A DNA stretch of 63,954 nt, filler included, from Sanchytrium tribonematis (lineage: Eukaryota): NCBI GenBank assembly GCA_018985235.1. It is 5 parts of 5 records of this genome, joined end to end, with 100 filler letters (N's around TTAATTAATTAA, not from the genome) between each part and the next. Parts side by side here need not be neighbours in the genome. Positions count along the whole stretch, not along the records: positions 13,248 to 26,341 come from JADGIG010000201.1; positions 26,442 to 39,437 come from JADGIG010000202.1; 3 more parts are not named here. One strand, 5' to 3'. The translations under genes were made by a program, and so were the position numbers. The notes beneath the pieces are model-generated. The model made no database searches, was not told the DNA's origin, and was given only the letters and a program-made list of their open reading frames with translations. Positions 21,394 through 33,700 of this stretch are shown here, piece by piece. The stretch's first letter is position 1. Each line of letters opens with the position of its first letter.

Positions 21394-21669
21394 TCAAAAC
21401 TTCTCATTCATTTCTGCATTGGCTGCGTCGCTGAAAGCATATCCGACTGTACCGTGAGTTCCAACTTTTTCATACAGCTTTTGAGAAATCTTGTGTTTAA
21501 CAAATGATCCTGGATGAGACATGTTGTATTCAGCTTGGTGAACTTGATATTGAGCAGAGTGAAATTTTCCAGTCTTTGCTCCGATTTTAGCATGAATCTT
21601 CTGCTTCACAGCATATTTAATGTCCTTTTCGAAAGTGTCCGTAAATGTCCCTCTCGATTCGTCTTCCAT
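21394..21669 (-). CDS. Small hypothetical protein (91 aa)
   Basis: ATG preceded by CCCTT motif and AAA; internal quasi-repeat VKQKIHAKIG/VKHKISQKLYEKVG. Confidence 0.6.
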   Translation of the reverse strand: MEDESRGTFTDTFEKDIKYAVKQKIHAKIGAKTGKFHSAQYQVHQAEYNMSHPGSFVKHKISQKLYEKVGTHGTVGYAFSDAANAEMNEKF

Positions 21670-21888
21670 TTTGTTTTAAGGGATGATTTTTGGTATTTGA
21701 AGCATTTGGTTGATCACAAGGCAATTTAAGCCAATCAGATACATTTTAATTTGTCAGAAATTATTTACATCTCTTATCCTGGGTATATAATCCAGATTAT
21801 TGCTACTTCATGGTGAAAAGCCTTTGAATGCTCTTATATCGGCTTCTTGCATCAAACGACTCCAAATATTTTCATTTACAAGGGTGAA

Positions 21889-22770
21889 ATGCGGAAAAAG
21901 CAATGGTCAAAGCGAGCGAATGATTTGTTAAAAGAGATCGAGGTAAATAGGGCCGAAGCAAGCGTAGGTGATTTGTTCTTCTGCGATGATAAAAAGGCAA
22001 ACAGCATTGACAAAAAAGAGCACGTAAAGAACGCAGTAACTCCGAAATTGTCACAACACGAGTATGAAAAAATTAAAAAAATGAAAAATCTTGACATCAA
22101 AAAGCCTAAAACAGAAATCAACAATGCTGTTTCTGATCTATGGGAAGGTGATATTTCTGAAGTCGTCCCAATGAAAAAATCAGTCACGATTCACTCCGGA
22201 ATGAGTTATAGGCCGGAGAAAGAATTTCATTCCCAATTAATTGAGAATGTGGCTTCCGAGGAATTGAAGAAAGACTACATGTATGAACGAAAAGTTGAGA
22301 CTGTTTTAATTCCAAAAGCTGTCACTACTGCTTCCGACGTTGAAAGTCGCCCAACACAATTGCGAATTCGCAAAATTAAAAAAGATAGAAACAAGGAAAT
22401 GGTCGAGCGATATGAACAAGAGAGAAGACAACAAAAATTAATCCGCCGAAAAATATTGAATCAGCTTGATCATCTGCCAGAAATTTTGGCAAATTTAAAA
22501 CCTCAAAAAGAAGCAACCGCAAAAAGAAAATTTAAACAAATTCGAGACAATGTTAAGATTGGAAAGTTTAGACTTAATGATCCAACTCCAGTTCAATTAC
22601 AGGAACAAATTTCCTCATCTCTTCGACAAATGCCCTTTGAAACTAATCCTTTGAAAAATATGTACATGAATTTGATTAAAAATGAAAAAATTGACTTCAG
22701 CAAATTTAGATTGAACAGAAAGAAGAGAAAAACCAAAGAGATTACTAAAATGACACATCGAATAAATTGA
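21889..22770 (+). CDS. NOP53: Ribosome biogenesis protein Nop53/GLTSCR2
   Basis: RKKQWSK, LFFCD, DLW, GMSYRPEKEFH, VQLQEQISSSLRQM..ETNPL. Confidence 0.8.
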   Translation: MRKKQWSKRANDLLKEIEVNRAEASVGDLFFCDDKKANSIDKKEHVKNAVTPKLSQHEYEKIKKMKNLDIKKPKTEINNAVSDLWEGDISEVVPMKKSVTIHSGMSYRPEKEFHSQLIENVASEELKKDYMYERKVETVLIPKAVTTASDVESRPTQLRIRKIKKDRNKEMVERYEQERRQQKLIRRKILNQLDHLPEILANLKPQKEATAKRKFKQIRDNVKIGKFRLNDPTPVQLQEQISSSLRQMPFETNPLKNMYMNLIKNEKIDFSKFRLNRKKRKTKEITKMTHRIN

Positions 22771-22799
22771 GTCATTTGAAATTGAAACATTTTTTTATT

Positions 22800-24039
22800 A
22801 TGATCATGTCACAACTCACACAAACTTGCCCTACTTACAATCAATTTGTAGAGATACCAAGAGGGTGCTTTGGATATCTACAACACACCAAAATTGCCAT
22901 GCTTCCTAATGGTGGTGAATTTGTGATTGGGAGGGGTCATCATTCAAGCCTTATTTTAAAGGATTTGATGGTAAGCAGAAAGCATTGCGTCGTTAAACAA
23001 GTTGATGGTAATGCATGTATATTTGTATTGGCAAAGATTTTACTTAATGAGATCCCTGTGCAACGAGGATTTTATTTGTTAAATAATTTGGATATGATAA
23101 GAATTGGACAACACTGTATAGTTTTTCATAGTGTCAATAAAGAGAGGATTGTTCAAGATCCAATATTAATGGATCACGAATACACAATTGGCAGAAATTT
23201 GGGTAGAGGTGGCTTTTCAGACGTTTTTTTAGGAATGAATCGAGACGGCAAATTATTTGCAGTTAAGATAACTGATAAAAGGGTATTTGAAAGACATTGC
23301 AATAGTAACGAACTAGAATATTCTAATTACGACCATCCAAATATTGCGAAAATCCAGACATTTATAGAGTCCACGAATTCTCATTTCTTCATTATGGATT
23401 ATTTTGGCCATGGTGACTTGTACACATTCATTAGAGACAAAAGACACCAATCTGAAGATGTTTTCAAATGGATTATGTACCAGCTTCTCAAATCTACAGC
23501 TTATTTGCATAAAATGAATATCGTTCATCGAGACATCAAACCAGAAAATGTGGTTATGGACTACACCACAGACTCAATTTTCGCTAAGTGCGCTCTTAGC
23601 GACTTTGGACTAGCCCAGGAATTGAAAGACTCTAATGACAGAATATCGGATACATCAGGTACATATCCTTACGTGCCTCCTGAACTTCTTAGAGGACAAG
23701 GACACACAGAGAAGTTTGATTGCTGGAGCCTTGGTATTGTGATGACACAGTTGTACTTTATGCTTATCTAGGTATTGCGATGAGGTAGTAATAGGTACAT
23801 ATGATACACAGACCTGGAAAAAGAAATTGAAACAAGGATCCCTTAAAATTCAAGATAAGGATTTGGAAAATGCCTCTGAACCCGCCCGTGATCTTATTTT
23901 AAAGCTTGCTGATCCAGAAGAAAAGAAAAGAATCTCATGCGAGGATGCTCTTAAACACCCTTGGTTTGCAGACTCTTTCTTCATGCTTGATTTTCTGTAT
24001 CGACACATTTGTCCTGTCCTTGGGGAAATGGAAGAATAA
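22800..24039 (+). CDS. FHA-domain Ser/Thr kinase (Chk2/Dun1/Mek1-like); exons 22800-23752 and 23772-24039
   Basis: FHA IGR...VSRKHC; kinase LGRGGFS, AVK, HRDIKPEN, DFG; spliced exon supplies ARDLILKL..PEEKKRISCEDALKHPWF. Confidence 0.85.
23753..23771 (+). other. 19-nt spliceosomal intron GTACTTTATGCTTATCTAG
   Basis: Joins kinase subdomain IX to X-XI in frame. Confidence 0.88.
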
Positions 24040-24058
24040 ATCTGGTAATTGAGTTTAT

Positions 24059-26341
24059 TTAAAATTTTAGTAAGTCGTCCAGCTCGTCCTCTACAGTTCT
24101 AGTTGGTGGGCTGGGTTTTTGTTTCGCAGGCTGGTTTTGTAAAGGTTGAGCCGGTTGAAATGAAAAAGGATCAGGCTGAACAACACTAGCGGACTTTGAT
24201 TGTGAAGTCGGGACTACCTGAGGCTGTGGCGGTGGGCTTTGTGCAAATGAAAAAGGGTCTTGTTGAACATTAGCTGGTTTTGCTTTGTAATTTGATTGTT
24301 GTGCAGAGGGTTCCTGTTGAGGAATAAATTGGGCAATAGGAGGTGGTTGGCCAAATTGTGTTGGTGAAGGTGGATTAGAATTATTTTGCGAGGAGATCGG
24401 TCGCGCACTAGAATTCGATTTTGCAGGTGGCTCATAAGACTCTTGTGATTGCAAAGGTAGATCGGGCGATTTTGTTTTTTTGAATGTTTTTCTCTCTGGA
24501 GATTTGTAGTCATCTTCAACTTCTTTGACACTCCCTGTACCAGTTGTATTCACCTCCATACTATCACTAACTGTATTACTACTTGGGCCCCTATTGGCTT
24601 TTAATTTGATCATGTTATCAATTTCAACTTGTTTAGACTCCGGAGTCTCTGAGGCACTTTCGTATGGTGGGATTTCTTGCACCTCATCCATTATCGAAAC
24701 CTTTTTTTGCATCGGGGATGTTATATCACCTAAAGGCGGTGCACTATTTGGATAAGCAGCCTTTGCTTCTTTTAAAAAATCTCGGGGATGTTGACCATTC
24801 TCATCTTGGTGTTGCCTTGCTAATTTCTCAGCAAAAAGTCTATGCATATGGTCTGGAAATTCGCTAGCATCCTCGACATCACAAATTCGTTCAGCCAATT
24901 TCTTTCTGTATATTAAAATTCCCTCGTTATCATTAATTTCTGATTCCTTGGTTCCATCCGTAACCAACCAGGATTTCCAGTCTTCGATCAAATTTGGTAA
25001 TAAATGAGGAACATATTGTCTTGCCATAAGACAGGCTTCAGCGTACAAATTGCTTGATTGCAAAATAATGCAACAAACCTCATACTCTTTCAAGAGAAAT
25101 GCTGCATTAAAAGCGACATTATATTTCTTTAAAGATTTGCACATTTTAATTAGATTTTGAAGACCACTCGTATTATTTTGACAGCTGTAAAATAAAAGCA
25201 AATGATCCACGTCATTACCGAGCAACAAGCAGCGTTCCGCAACTTCAAATTCCCAGTTTTGTAAAGCGATCTGACTCAGCAATTTGTATTTTTCCTCGCT
25301 TGGATCCAACTCACACATCTGTAAAGCAACATTCAGTCGTTTTAAATGAATAGCCAAGTCAAATTTGTGTTGGATATCTTGTGATATGTCCAAAGCTAGT
25401 TCATGCTTGTTCAAACCTTCCAAAAATCTTGCAAGTTTGTTTTTATAAGGCTCAGTTAGCTGGCTGGTATCTGCTTCATTGCTTACAACAAATTTTAATA
25501 AAATTTGTATATAATTTAAAGGCAAGTTGAAGCCATAAAATTGGTCTTTGTGCAGTAAATAAATGACATCGTTTTGGTAGCCTACAAGATAGCCCTGTTG
25601 TGTAGTGATGGCCATATTTATGTCTTTTATGACATAATTTAATTTGTTTTGTTTCGTAGTGTAAATGAGGCAATTTTCAACAAATAGAGCACTAGTTACG
25701 GCATCACTGTTTTGGTAAATTACGGAAAACGCTTGTTCAACCCCATCCTCGGGTAAACTTCCAGTGTTGACCGCATTAATGTATTGTTGTTGATGGTATT
25801 GTAATATAAATAGTTTGTCAGAAGTACAAATTGCGACTATAGTACCTGAAGGATTCCACTTAATTTGTTTCGCAACGCATTCTATTCGACGAACAATATA
25901 ACCAGAGCTGAAGTCATAAAACATCAAATGATACTTAGATTGAACACCTAATAAAGGGCCACTGAATAAACCTTCAACATTGTTCACAGCTGGATTCAAC
26001 CCGCACTTCAACTTGAATCCTTTATCTAATATTTGAACACCTAAATTAGTATAATCTACCTTCAGAATGTTTAACAGCGCATTCATTATCATATGACCAG
26101 GCAAACAAATCAGCAGGCCCGAATGCTTTATTTCTCCATGCCAAGGCAGTATAAATAATATACTGCCCATCTCCTACGACCACTGCAAACCTTCCGTTGG
26201 GTGAATGCTCAATAAAACTAGGATAAATTTCACATGTTCCCAATTCCTTCTTTTGCAAGAATAAAATATCACCATCCTTGCAATTTTCTGCGCTAAGCAT
26301 GTATTGATAAACATCAAAATGCTTATTTACAAGCAATTTAC
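24059..26341 (-). CDS. SEC27: Coatomer beta-prime subunit, 5'-truncated; intron 26041-26059
   Basis: KELGTCEIYP..HSPNGRFAVVVGDGQYIIYTALAWRNKAFG, HKFDLAI; Pro/Gln-rich tail. Confidence 0.93.
26041..26059 (-). other. 19-nt spliceosomal intron GTAGATTATACTAATTTAG
   Basis: Joins the two Sec27 frames (HSEG-VQILDKGF); CTAAT branch site. Confidence 0.9.
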
Positions 26342-26441
26342 NNNNNNNNNNNNNNNNNNNNNNNNNNNNNNNNNNNNNNNNNNNNTTAATTAATTAANNN
26401 NNNNNNNNNNNNNNNNNNNNNNNNNNNNNNNNNNNNNNNNN
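26342..26441. other. Artificial contig linker
   Basis: N44-TTAATTAATTAA-N44. Confidence 0.98.
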
Positions 26442-26510
26442 AACTTAACCCTGAAATAATTTGAATGTGAATAACAATTTTTCTTAAAACTTGGAGTACA
26501 AAATTGCAAA

Positions 26511-27616
26511 ATGTCAGTTTTTTACAAATTTACAAGCGCGAAATCTTACAATAAAATTGCTTGCGATGGTTTATCGATAGATATCATAACACTGAAACAG
26601 GAAATTGCCAGTAAATTGCATCTAAAAGGATATTCTACAGATTTTGATCTTTTGGTTTCTAACGAAGAAGACGAACCTTACTCTGAATTGGATAAGGTTC
26701 CGAGAAATGCAAAGATTTTGTTGAAAAGAGTTCCGATAACAAATAAACAAAAAGTTCATGCTCAACCTGCTCAGCCAGTTCAGTCTACATCAGGCTACAT
26801 ACCAGGAACCAATGTTACAACCAATCAACTAGAATCGCTGCTCTCAACCATACCTGGTCTGAACCAAAACAACGAGAAATCTGAGGAAATGACTGAGGAT
26901 CAAAAGTTGGCGGAAATGTTCAAAGAAGCAGACGAAGCGAATAAACGCGCAGGTCCCCAGCAAAGTCAAGCAAAACGCATGAAAGGCGAATTGCCACCAC
27001 CAAACTATGTATGTTATAAATGCGGCCTAAGAAATCACTGGATCTATGATTGTCCAAATGCAGTGGACGACGGATCCACTCCAAAACGGATCCAAAGAGC
27101 CACAGGGATCCCAAAGTCGATGCTGAACGTTATAGATAAGGTTCCTGTAAATGGCATTCAGAATTTACAACAATCTAGCGCCACAGGTGAATTAATGGTG
27201 ACAGGTGACGGTAATTGCCTGTTAATATAGGATCAGTGGTTCAGGTAATTACAGATGATTCGGCTCTTGCAAATTTGCAAGGCCCTACAGTATCTACTGA
27301 TCAGCTTTATGAACAACTATCGAAAGAAAACTTTCCAGCCATTTGGAAATGTGTATTTTGCTTTAAGGTGGCTCGAAATTGTATGAAGCTACCTTGCACT
27401 CATAATACTTGTGAAGTTTGTTTAAATGAAGCAGTTGAAAAAGCGAAATTGGAATGTCCGAAATGTCATAAACCGCTCCGACTAGATCAATGTAAAGCTA
27501 ATCACGAAATTAGAAAAGCCATTATGACAAAACTAAAGCGTATGGTCAAAACAACAGAAGAAGTTATAAATCCTCCCTCGCGTGGAAAGCCAGCTCCATC
27601 CAGCGTGAGACGATAA
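26511..27616 (+). CDS. MPE1: Mpe1/RBBP6 (DWNN, Zn knuckle, RING); exons 26511-27210 and 27231-27616
   Basis: MSVFYKF DWNN domain, PPPNYVCYKCG..HWIYDCP, ATGIPKS; RING/U-box-like Cys pattern in exon 2. Confidence 0.9.
27211..27230 (+). other. 20-nt spliceosomal intron GTAATTGCCTGTTAATATAG
   Basis: Links MVTGDG to SVVQ in frame with the RING exon. Confidence 0.85.
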
Positions 27617-27632
27617 TAAATTTTTACTTTAT

Positions 27633-29090
27633 TTATTTTTTGTACAGACAAGCTTTTTCGCTGATGCAAACAATATTTTTGCAAGTGAAATTTATACCAT
27701 CAAATCCAGTGACGCACCAAATTTGTTTAAGATCTGATGGATTTGTCTGGATAAAATAATCAGCATTTTCGATTTTGTCAGGTACATCGACCCTATTAAG
27801 ATTTAAGGCTGCCATGTTGAAAGATACATAAAATGGTTCCTGTTTATCAGACTTTCCAATTTTCAAGTAGTTTGGGAATGAAAATAATGTTGCACCTGAT
27901 TGTTTAGTTCCAAAATCTATCCATATGGAAGAATTAATTTTAGGTCTCGGAAACACAAGGTCAGATAAAACTTCATAGTATAAAGTAGATGGTCTATCAA
28001 TCAATTTTTGACTAGCAAAAGATATGGAAGCATAGCCACCAAAATAATTTAAACTAGAAACATACGAAAAGAAGCAAGATATCACAAACTGCCCCAAAAT
28101 AATCAAATATACCAATTTGCCGATTTTTTTCTCCACTCTTCTCATCCCAATAGCGCTTACGACATTAATAAGTGGAAATAAATAAATGATAAAACGCCAT
28201 TCTTTATGCCCGACAGTAGACAAAATTCCTGTCACGAATATTATTAAAAATGATAGTTTAAAAGACAGCTTTTCATTAAATGCAAATGGTATAAAAAGAA
28301 GGGATAGATTGCAGATCCGGATTATGTCTATGATGTATTGGTACCATGGACTAATTCCCCAATGTGAGCTTTTGTTAAAAACAATGTTGTACACAAAACC
28401 ACTAAATTCTGGCCAAGTAATTACTTCCCACATATATGAATCAATAGATATTGATATTGCGACAGCTACAAGTAAATCGTATATAATGATCGGAACAAGT
28501 CTAAATACAGACCTTCCTTGGATTCTTTCCAAAATTATTATTCCAAAAAGCAAAGCTACAAGTTCTACTCTAAAAATTGCAGCAGCGTAAACAATAAATC
28601 TAATGGCATTTCTAGTTAGTCTAGAGTCATAGAAGCTTCCAATTAAATCTGTGAGCCCAAGAATCGCCAAAGGAAACGCAAAAGAGTTTGGAAGAGTTCT
28701 TGACAAATAAAATGGTAGATGAAACTGAGAGTAAAATATCCATAAAAAATAAGGTTGATACTGCGATAATCTTGTTGAGAATATTTGCACTGCGAATGCA
28801 TTCAGTAGGTAAAGTAAAGATCGAACTGTCAACATCTGCAACAAGCCTTGGAAAACCCCACTGTATAATAGCGATATTAATTTTGATGGAATGTAAGATA
28901 AGATAGATATGAAGATGCTGCCCATAAACGTCCTGTGAACCGGTCCTGGATATATTTCATGATCAAATGGCCTACTTGAATTTAACATGTCATAAATAGC
29001 ATGTAAATTAAAATGCTCTTCGACTTTAGTAAATGGACAAACCAAAACGTATATTAAACCGATCAAATATATGTGCTTCCAAAGTCCCAT
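27633..29090 (-). CDS. ALG12: Alpha-1,6-mannosyltransferase Alg12
   Basis: CPFTKVEEHFNLHAIYD, DHEIYPGPVHRTF, QFHLPFYLSRTLPN, HKEWRFIIY. Confidence 0.93.
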   Translation of the reverse strand: MGLWKHIYLIGLIYVLVCPFTKVEEHFNLHAIYDMLNSSRPFDHEIYPGPVHRTFMGSIFISILSYIPSKLISLLYSGVFQGLLQMLTVRSLLYLLNAFAVQIFSTRLSQYQPYFLWIFYSQFHLPFYLSRTLPNSFAFPLAILGLTDLIGSFYDSRLTRNAIRFIVYAAAIFRVELVALLFGIIILERIQGRSVFRLVPIIIYDLLVAVAISISIDSYMWEVITWPEFSGFVYNIVFNKSSHWGISPWYQYIIDIIRICNLSLLFIPFAFNEKLSFKLSFLIIFVTGILSTVGHKEWRFIIYLFPLINVVSAIGMRRVEKKIGKLVYLIILGQFVISCFFSYVSSLNYFGGYASISFASQKLIDRPSTLYYEVLSDLVFPRPKINSSIWIDFGTKQSGATLFSFPNYLKIGKSDKQEPFYVSFNMAALNLNRVDVPDKIENADYFIQTNPSDLKQIWCVTGFDGINFTCKNIVCISEKACLYKK

Positions 29091-29106
29091 GGTTTTAAAA
29101 AAGATT

Positions 29107-30181
29107 TTATTTGTCAAAGATTGGCATCTGCAAAGCTTCTTTGGCGGAGACACGTTCATTAGGTAAAACTGTCAGGAGTGCACTTAATAATTCAAACAAA
29201 TCATCCGACCAATTACAATTTGGATTAAGTGCTAAAACTGCAGATTTCCAACCCATTCCATAATCAGGGTCAATATGTGGTGTTCTTATATCTACAAATC
29301 TTCCTGAATTAACAAAAATTACCAATCTGGCTTGCAAGCTCTTTTATCGGCTTCACACCAGTTATAGTAGCAATTTCTAATAAAGCCTCATCATCGGTAG
29401 TACTATTGAAAAATGGATATCTTTGTGCCAAAATGCAAAGGAGTATAACGCCTACGGACCAGACATCAATCTTTGTAGTTTGATATTGCCATCGTAGTAA
29501 AACTTCAGGAGCTCTAAATCCACGGGTTCCAGCTCTATCAGCCCTTAAAGAAGGCCTTGATTCTGTTTCATCAATATACACGATCTCATTATTGACATCA
29601 TAAAGACTCGGTTCTTTAGTGATTGTAGGTTTTTTCCTCTTCTTGGTTGTTTCATCGATTTGAGCTAATCCAAAATCAGCCAAACAACCTGTTTTTGCTT
29701 TAATATTGTACAGAAAATTGCTTGGTTTTATATCTCTATGTATAACGAGATGATGATGAATGCTCCTCAGAGCTGTTAATAAATTAAACATATACATTTT
29801 GACCATTTTAGAATTCATTCTTTTGTAAAAACTTTTAAATTCGTGAAACTTCACAAATGGCATGATTACTGAGGTTTGATCTTGAAATCTATAAAAATCA
29901 ATGATATCAATCACATTTGGAAGGTTTCTGAGTTTAAACATGAATTCTAATTCGCGCATGATTCTTCTTTCATCTGATTGTTGGTATATGCACTTAACTG
30001 CGAGATATTTAGAATCAACTGCTGCAGCATAACTAGGATTTTTTACAAATTTATAATCTCCATTTGGATTTATGGGCAATGACTGATATACAGCAGCAAA
30101 TGTGCCTTCCCCGACCTTCTTTAACAGCTTTACACCTGGTGGTTTATGATGGCAAGCTTCAGCAAACCCAACAAAAGTCAT
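29107..30181 (-). CDS. CDC7: Cdc7 kinase; exons 30181-29323 and 29303-29107
   Basis: VGEGTFAAVY, HRDIKPSNFLY, LADFGLAQ, RADRAGTRGFRAPEVL, QTTKIDVWSVG, RYPFFNS. Confidence 0.92.
29304..29322 (-). other. 19-nt spliceosomal intron GTAATTTTTGTTAATTCAG
   Basis: Joins Cdc7 to its terminal exon carrying PNERVSAKEALQMP. Confidence 0.9.
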
Positions 30182-30221
30182 TTAGAAAACTCCGAATGTT
30201 CGAAAAATCGCCAAAATAGAT

Positions 30222-30719
30222 TTATTTTTTCAGATAAAATTGTATTAATTTCTTAAAAGGTAATTTAAGCTGCAGTATAACAACCAAGAATAAAATCAAA
30301 CTCAACCTTTTCATCCATTTAAGTTGCACGGAAAGTGATTTGTTTTGCCTAATCAAGTTGAGGTTGGATTCTTCTTGATCTTGAATATCAGAGTTTGAAT
30401 CAACTTGGTCTATATTGGGCTGATTGCTACTTAATTGTTGTGCTATAAGCGGGTATTCATCTTTGACGCGTTCTAGAATTGTAATCGCCAAGAAAACATA
30501 TTTTCTTTTTGCCTCTTCAATTGGAACGCCTTTGAGCTCATTGTAAGCATCATATTTGGCTTTTTCAACAACTTGATAAAAGGAAGGTCGAGTTCCACTA
30601 CAGTCACCGAGAGTAGCCTGTTTGTAATTTGCATATAAGGACAGTTTTTCAGATGCACTAATTTGTATTTCACTTGGACAAGCAGACATAAGTTCTACCG
30701 CTTTCTCAAATTCCATCAT
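30222..30719 (-). CDS. Acyl-CoA-binding domain protein with C-terminal TM anchor
   Basis: FEKAV, KLSLYANYKQATLGDC, KAKYDAY, EAKRKYV; hydrophobic tail. Confidence 0.88.
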   Translation of the reverse strand: MMEFEKAVELMSACPSEIQISASEKLSLYANYKQATLGDCSGTRPSFYQVVEKAKYDAYNELKGVPIEEAKRKYVFLAITILERVKDEYPLIAQQLSSNQPNIDQVDSNSDIQDQEESNLNLIRQNKSLSVQLKWMKRLSLILFLVVILQLKLPFKKLIQFYLKK

Positions 30720-30795
30720 TTTTGTTAACAAAACTTTTTAGGTGGTTTCAGAGTTTGCTTAGAAATTTCTGCAATATGACCCCTGTCAAAAAGTG

Positions 30796-33700
30796 ATGTC
30801 TGACCAATTGTCTGCAGATATTCGATATGCCTTGAAAAAGCTAGACGTTCCATTTGTGATTGAGAGATCTCAATCAGTAGACTATAGAATATTGCATGAT
30901 CATGATTACAAGGACCATTTACTGTTATTTAGTAGCTCGTTTGTAATTGATAACAATGGCCATTATCCATATCAATTGGTGGAACTACTAAGTGAAAATC
31001 ACAAGCAAGAAATTATTTTAAGAAGTATTGCTGGTCAAAAGCCTTGTTGCAATTTATTAAGTTGTTTACGATTTTACAAAAGTAATATATCTAGCCGAAT
31101 ATTGAAATTTTATTTACAATTGAATCCGGAATTATTTTCTGCAACGAGTTTGGTTGACAATTTGGCTGAGACTGAAGAAACTTTCGAAGTTTTAACTGAT
31201 ATTGAAAGATTCGATATTTTAAAAGCGTATAAATTATTGCAAGACACAAGATATGACATAAGCCTAGTATATCACTTGCCAATAATATTGCAGTCTTATA
31301 TTTTCACTTTTCACTTTGAATTGGTTTTTAAAAAGGGTTGGGATTATCGAGTTCTTCTTCGAAACTCGCTTTATTTGGATAAACAATGTCGCCATCACAT
31401 TTTTAGGATGTTGGAACCTCTAGGCTTTGAAGGTGATATTCATTTTTTACTAAGAGGTTTTGATGATGGAGAAAGGGATGATGAGGATGAATTTATCAAC
31501 AATGAAATTATGAGTAGTTATAATTTCAATCAGTTATTAGTAGCTTACTCATTTCTGTCAGATGATTTGCGCACCAAAAGAAAGAGAATTACTCACATTA
31601 ATAGGTTAGAGCTCAAGTTACTATCAAATATAACTTTTAAAGACAAATGGTGCTTAAAAGCAATAATATTATTAAAAGACCGAAAGCCCTTAGAATGCTT
31701 ATCTCTGATGCTACAGCTTTTAGATTGTGATTTAGTTTCTACATCTGTGGTAACAACATGTTTTGAAGTAATCAACAACTTGTGGAACTCATTGGACCAT
31801 TTTATTAAAAGAGATCTAATTACTCAATTTGTGCTTCCGATGCTATATAAATCATATAATGCGCCCCTTGTTACTAGAAAAGCACTTGACATTTTCTATA
31901 GATTTGAAGACGATGATTTTATAGACTTAAAACGAATAATTTGTTTATCATTATGTCCACCATTACCAGCTATCTTGAAACCAAAAATCAAACAGCAAGA
32001 TGATCAGGAAATTACAATAGAGATTCCTAATATTTATTACGACCATCAAGTAGGATGTTCTGCTTTAAAGTGTCTTTCCTCTATACCAGTAAAATCAATC
32101 TACGAATATATCAAAAGTGAAGCAAAAGAAATATTTTCATATGTGGCTAGTCTTAAAAGCGACGATGCAAACTACCTGCTGAGGTATATTGCAGAAAATG
32201 AAGTCGAAGATCTGAATAGAAGTAATTACCTTTCAGAACATACACATTCAAAGTATAGTAATACAATTATGAACCCGGAATCTGAGTTACAGTTTGATAA
32301 TAATTGGCTAACTCTGTTGTTAATTATTCAATTGCCTTACACAAAGGAGCAATTTAATTTCGATTATTTAAATATTGTCGAAATGTCGCATGAGATAATT
32401 CGCTTTTCTCAATTTATTTATCACGCATCTGGTGATAAGAAACAAATTGTTATGAGATACTTGAGCCAACTATACGACTCTGTCAGTCAAGTCCGTTTCA
32501 AATCCTCGGCGCACATGTGTGCCTTGGGCTGTTTGTATAATGTAAGTACCAACCAAACTATCAAATTGATGGAAGATAATCAATTTATGACTTTATTGAT
32601 AAAATTTTATGATATTTTAGATTCCGCGGAGAGGGGATATGCATTTAGTGGATTTAAGATCTTTTATCAAAATGTAGAGTTTTCCACCCCATTCAAATTA
32701 CATACCGGGAATGTTTTGATAGAAAAAATTCAAGATATTAGCTCTATAGATATACCTGCTCTCAGTACTTCCAACAATTTCGCTAGAGTGGAAGATCAAA
32801 GGATTATCTTATGGAGAATTGGGTTTTGTAAGGAAAACCAGGATCTCCTTAGTCTTTGCACAGCTGATAGCTTATCTTATTTGAAATTGGCAGTAGAATA
32901 TATTACAAACCGTGTGAATCCACATAAACTTTACACAGCTACCGCAATTTATACTCCTCCTAAATACACGCTGCTTTTTCATATTTTAGAAAATAAGATG
33001 TGGAAATGCTTGGAATTTGAATCAGTTTTGCCAACGATTGATTTTCCCGACCCTTCTTTCACAATAATTGAAAATCAAGCACCTTTCAACCCGACACTTT
33101 CGTCATACTTCTTGAATCATTTTAATCGATACTTGAATAGAGATGGATTTAAATTGTTGCTGAATTTGTTTGGAATTTTTGATGAGGAGTTTAATTCTAA
33201 GATCAATAAAAGAGGCAAGAAAACATCAATGAGCTGCCTGGATCCAACCGATATCCGAGCAATTGATAAATTTACAACAAAAATTGACTGGCTTTTATTT
33301 GCAAGTGTCTTGAAAAGTCATACCTGCATAGTGAATGTTGAAGCTGCAAAATTTGTTCAAAACTACCTATTCGAGAAACTCTCACATTCCGGTTCCGAAT
33401 CTCTATTGCAGTTTGATTATAAAGGATTACAGTATCATTTCCAAGATTGTATATTTGAAAACATTGGTGGAGAATTTATTATGTTAAATGTAATGAAGCT
33501 ACTGGAACGCAATATTCAATTACAGGCATCAGAATTTGTATCACACGACCTTGAAGGCATTTATCTGAAGCATTTGCCTAAGCTGATGACAAGGAGTCAA
33601 TTTATTGATTTGATGATGTACCATAAACGATCTTTTGAAGAAATTATGGCGGTTTTGGAAGTTATTGGCAAAAATGAGATTCTCAAGTTAGAATCGAACA

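Noticed and set aside
29091..29159. ALG12 N-terminal extension overlapping the CDC7 last exon
   Set aside because: ATG 29090, 17 nt after the CDC7 stop, gives a normal Alg12 N-terminus.
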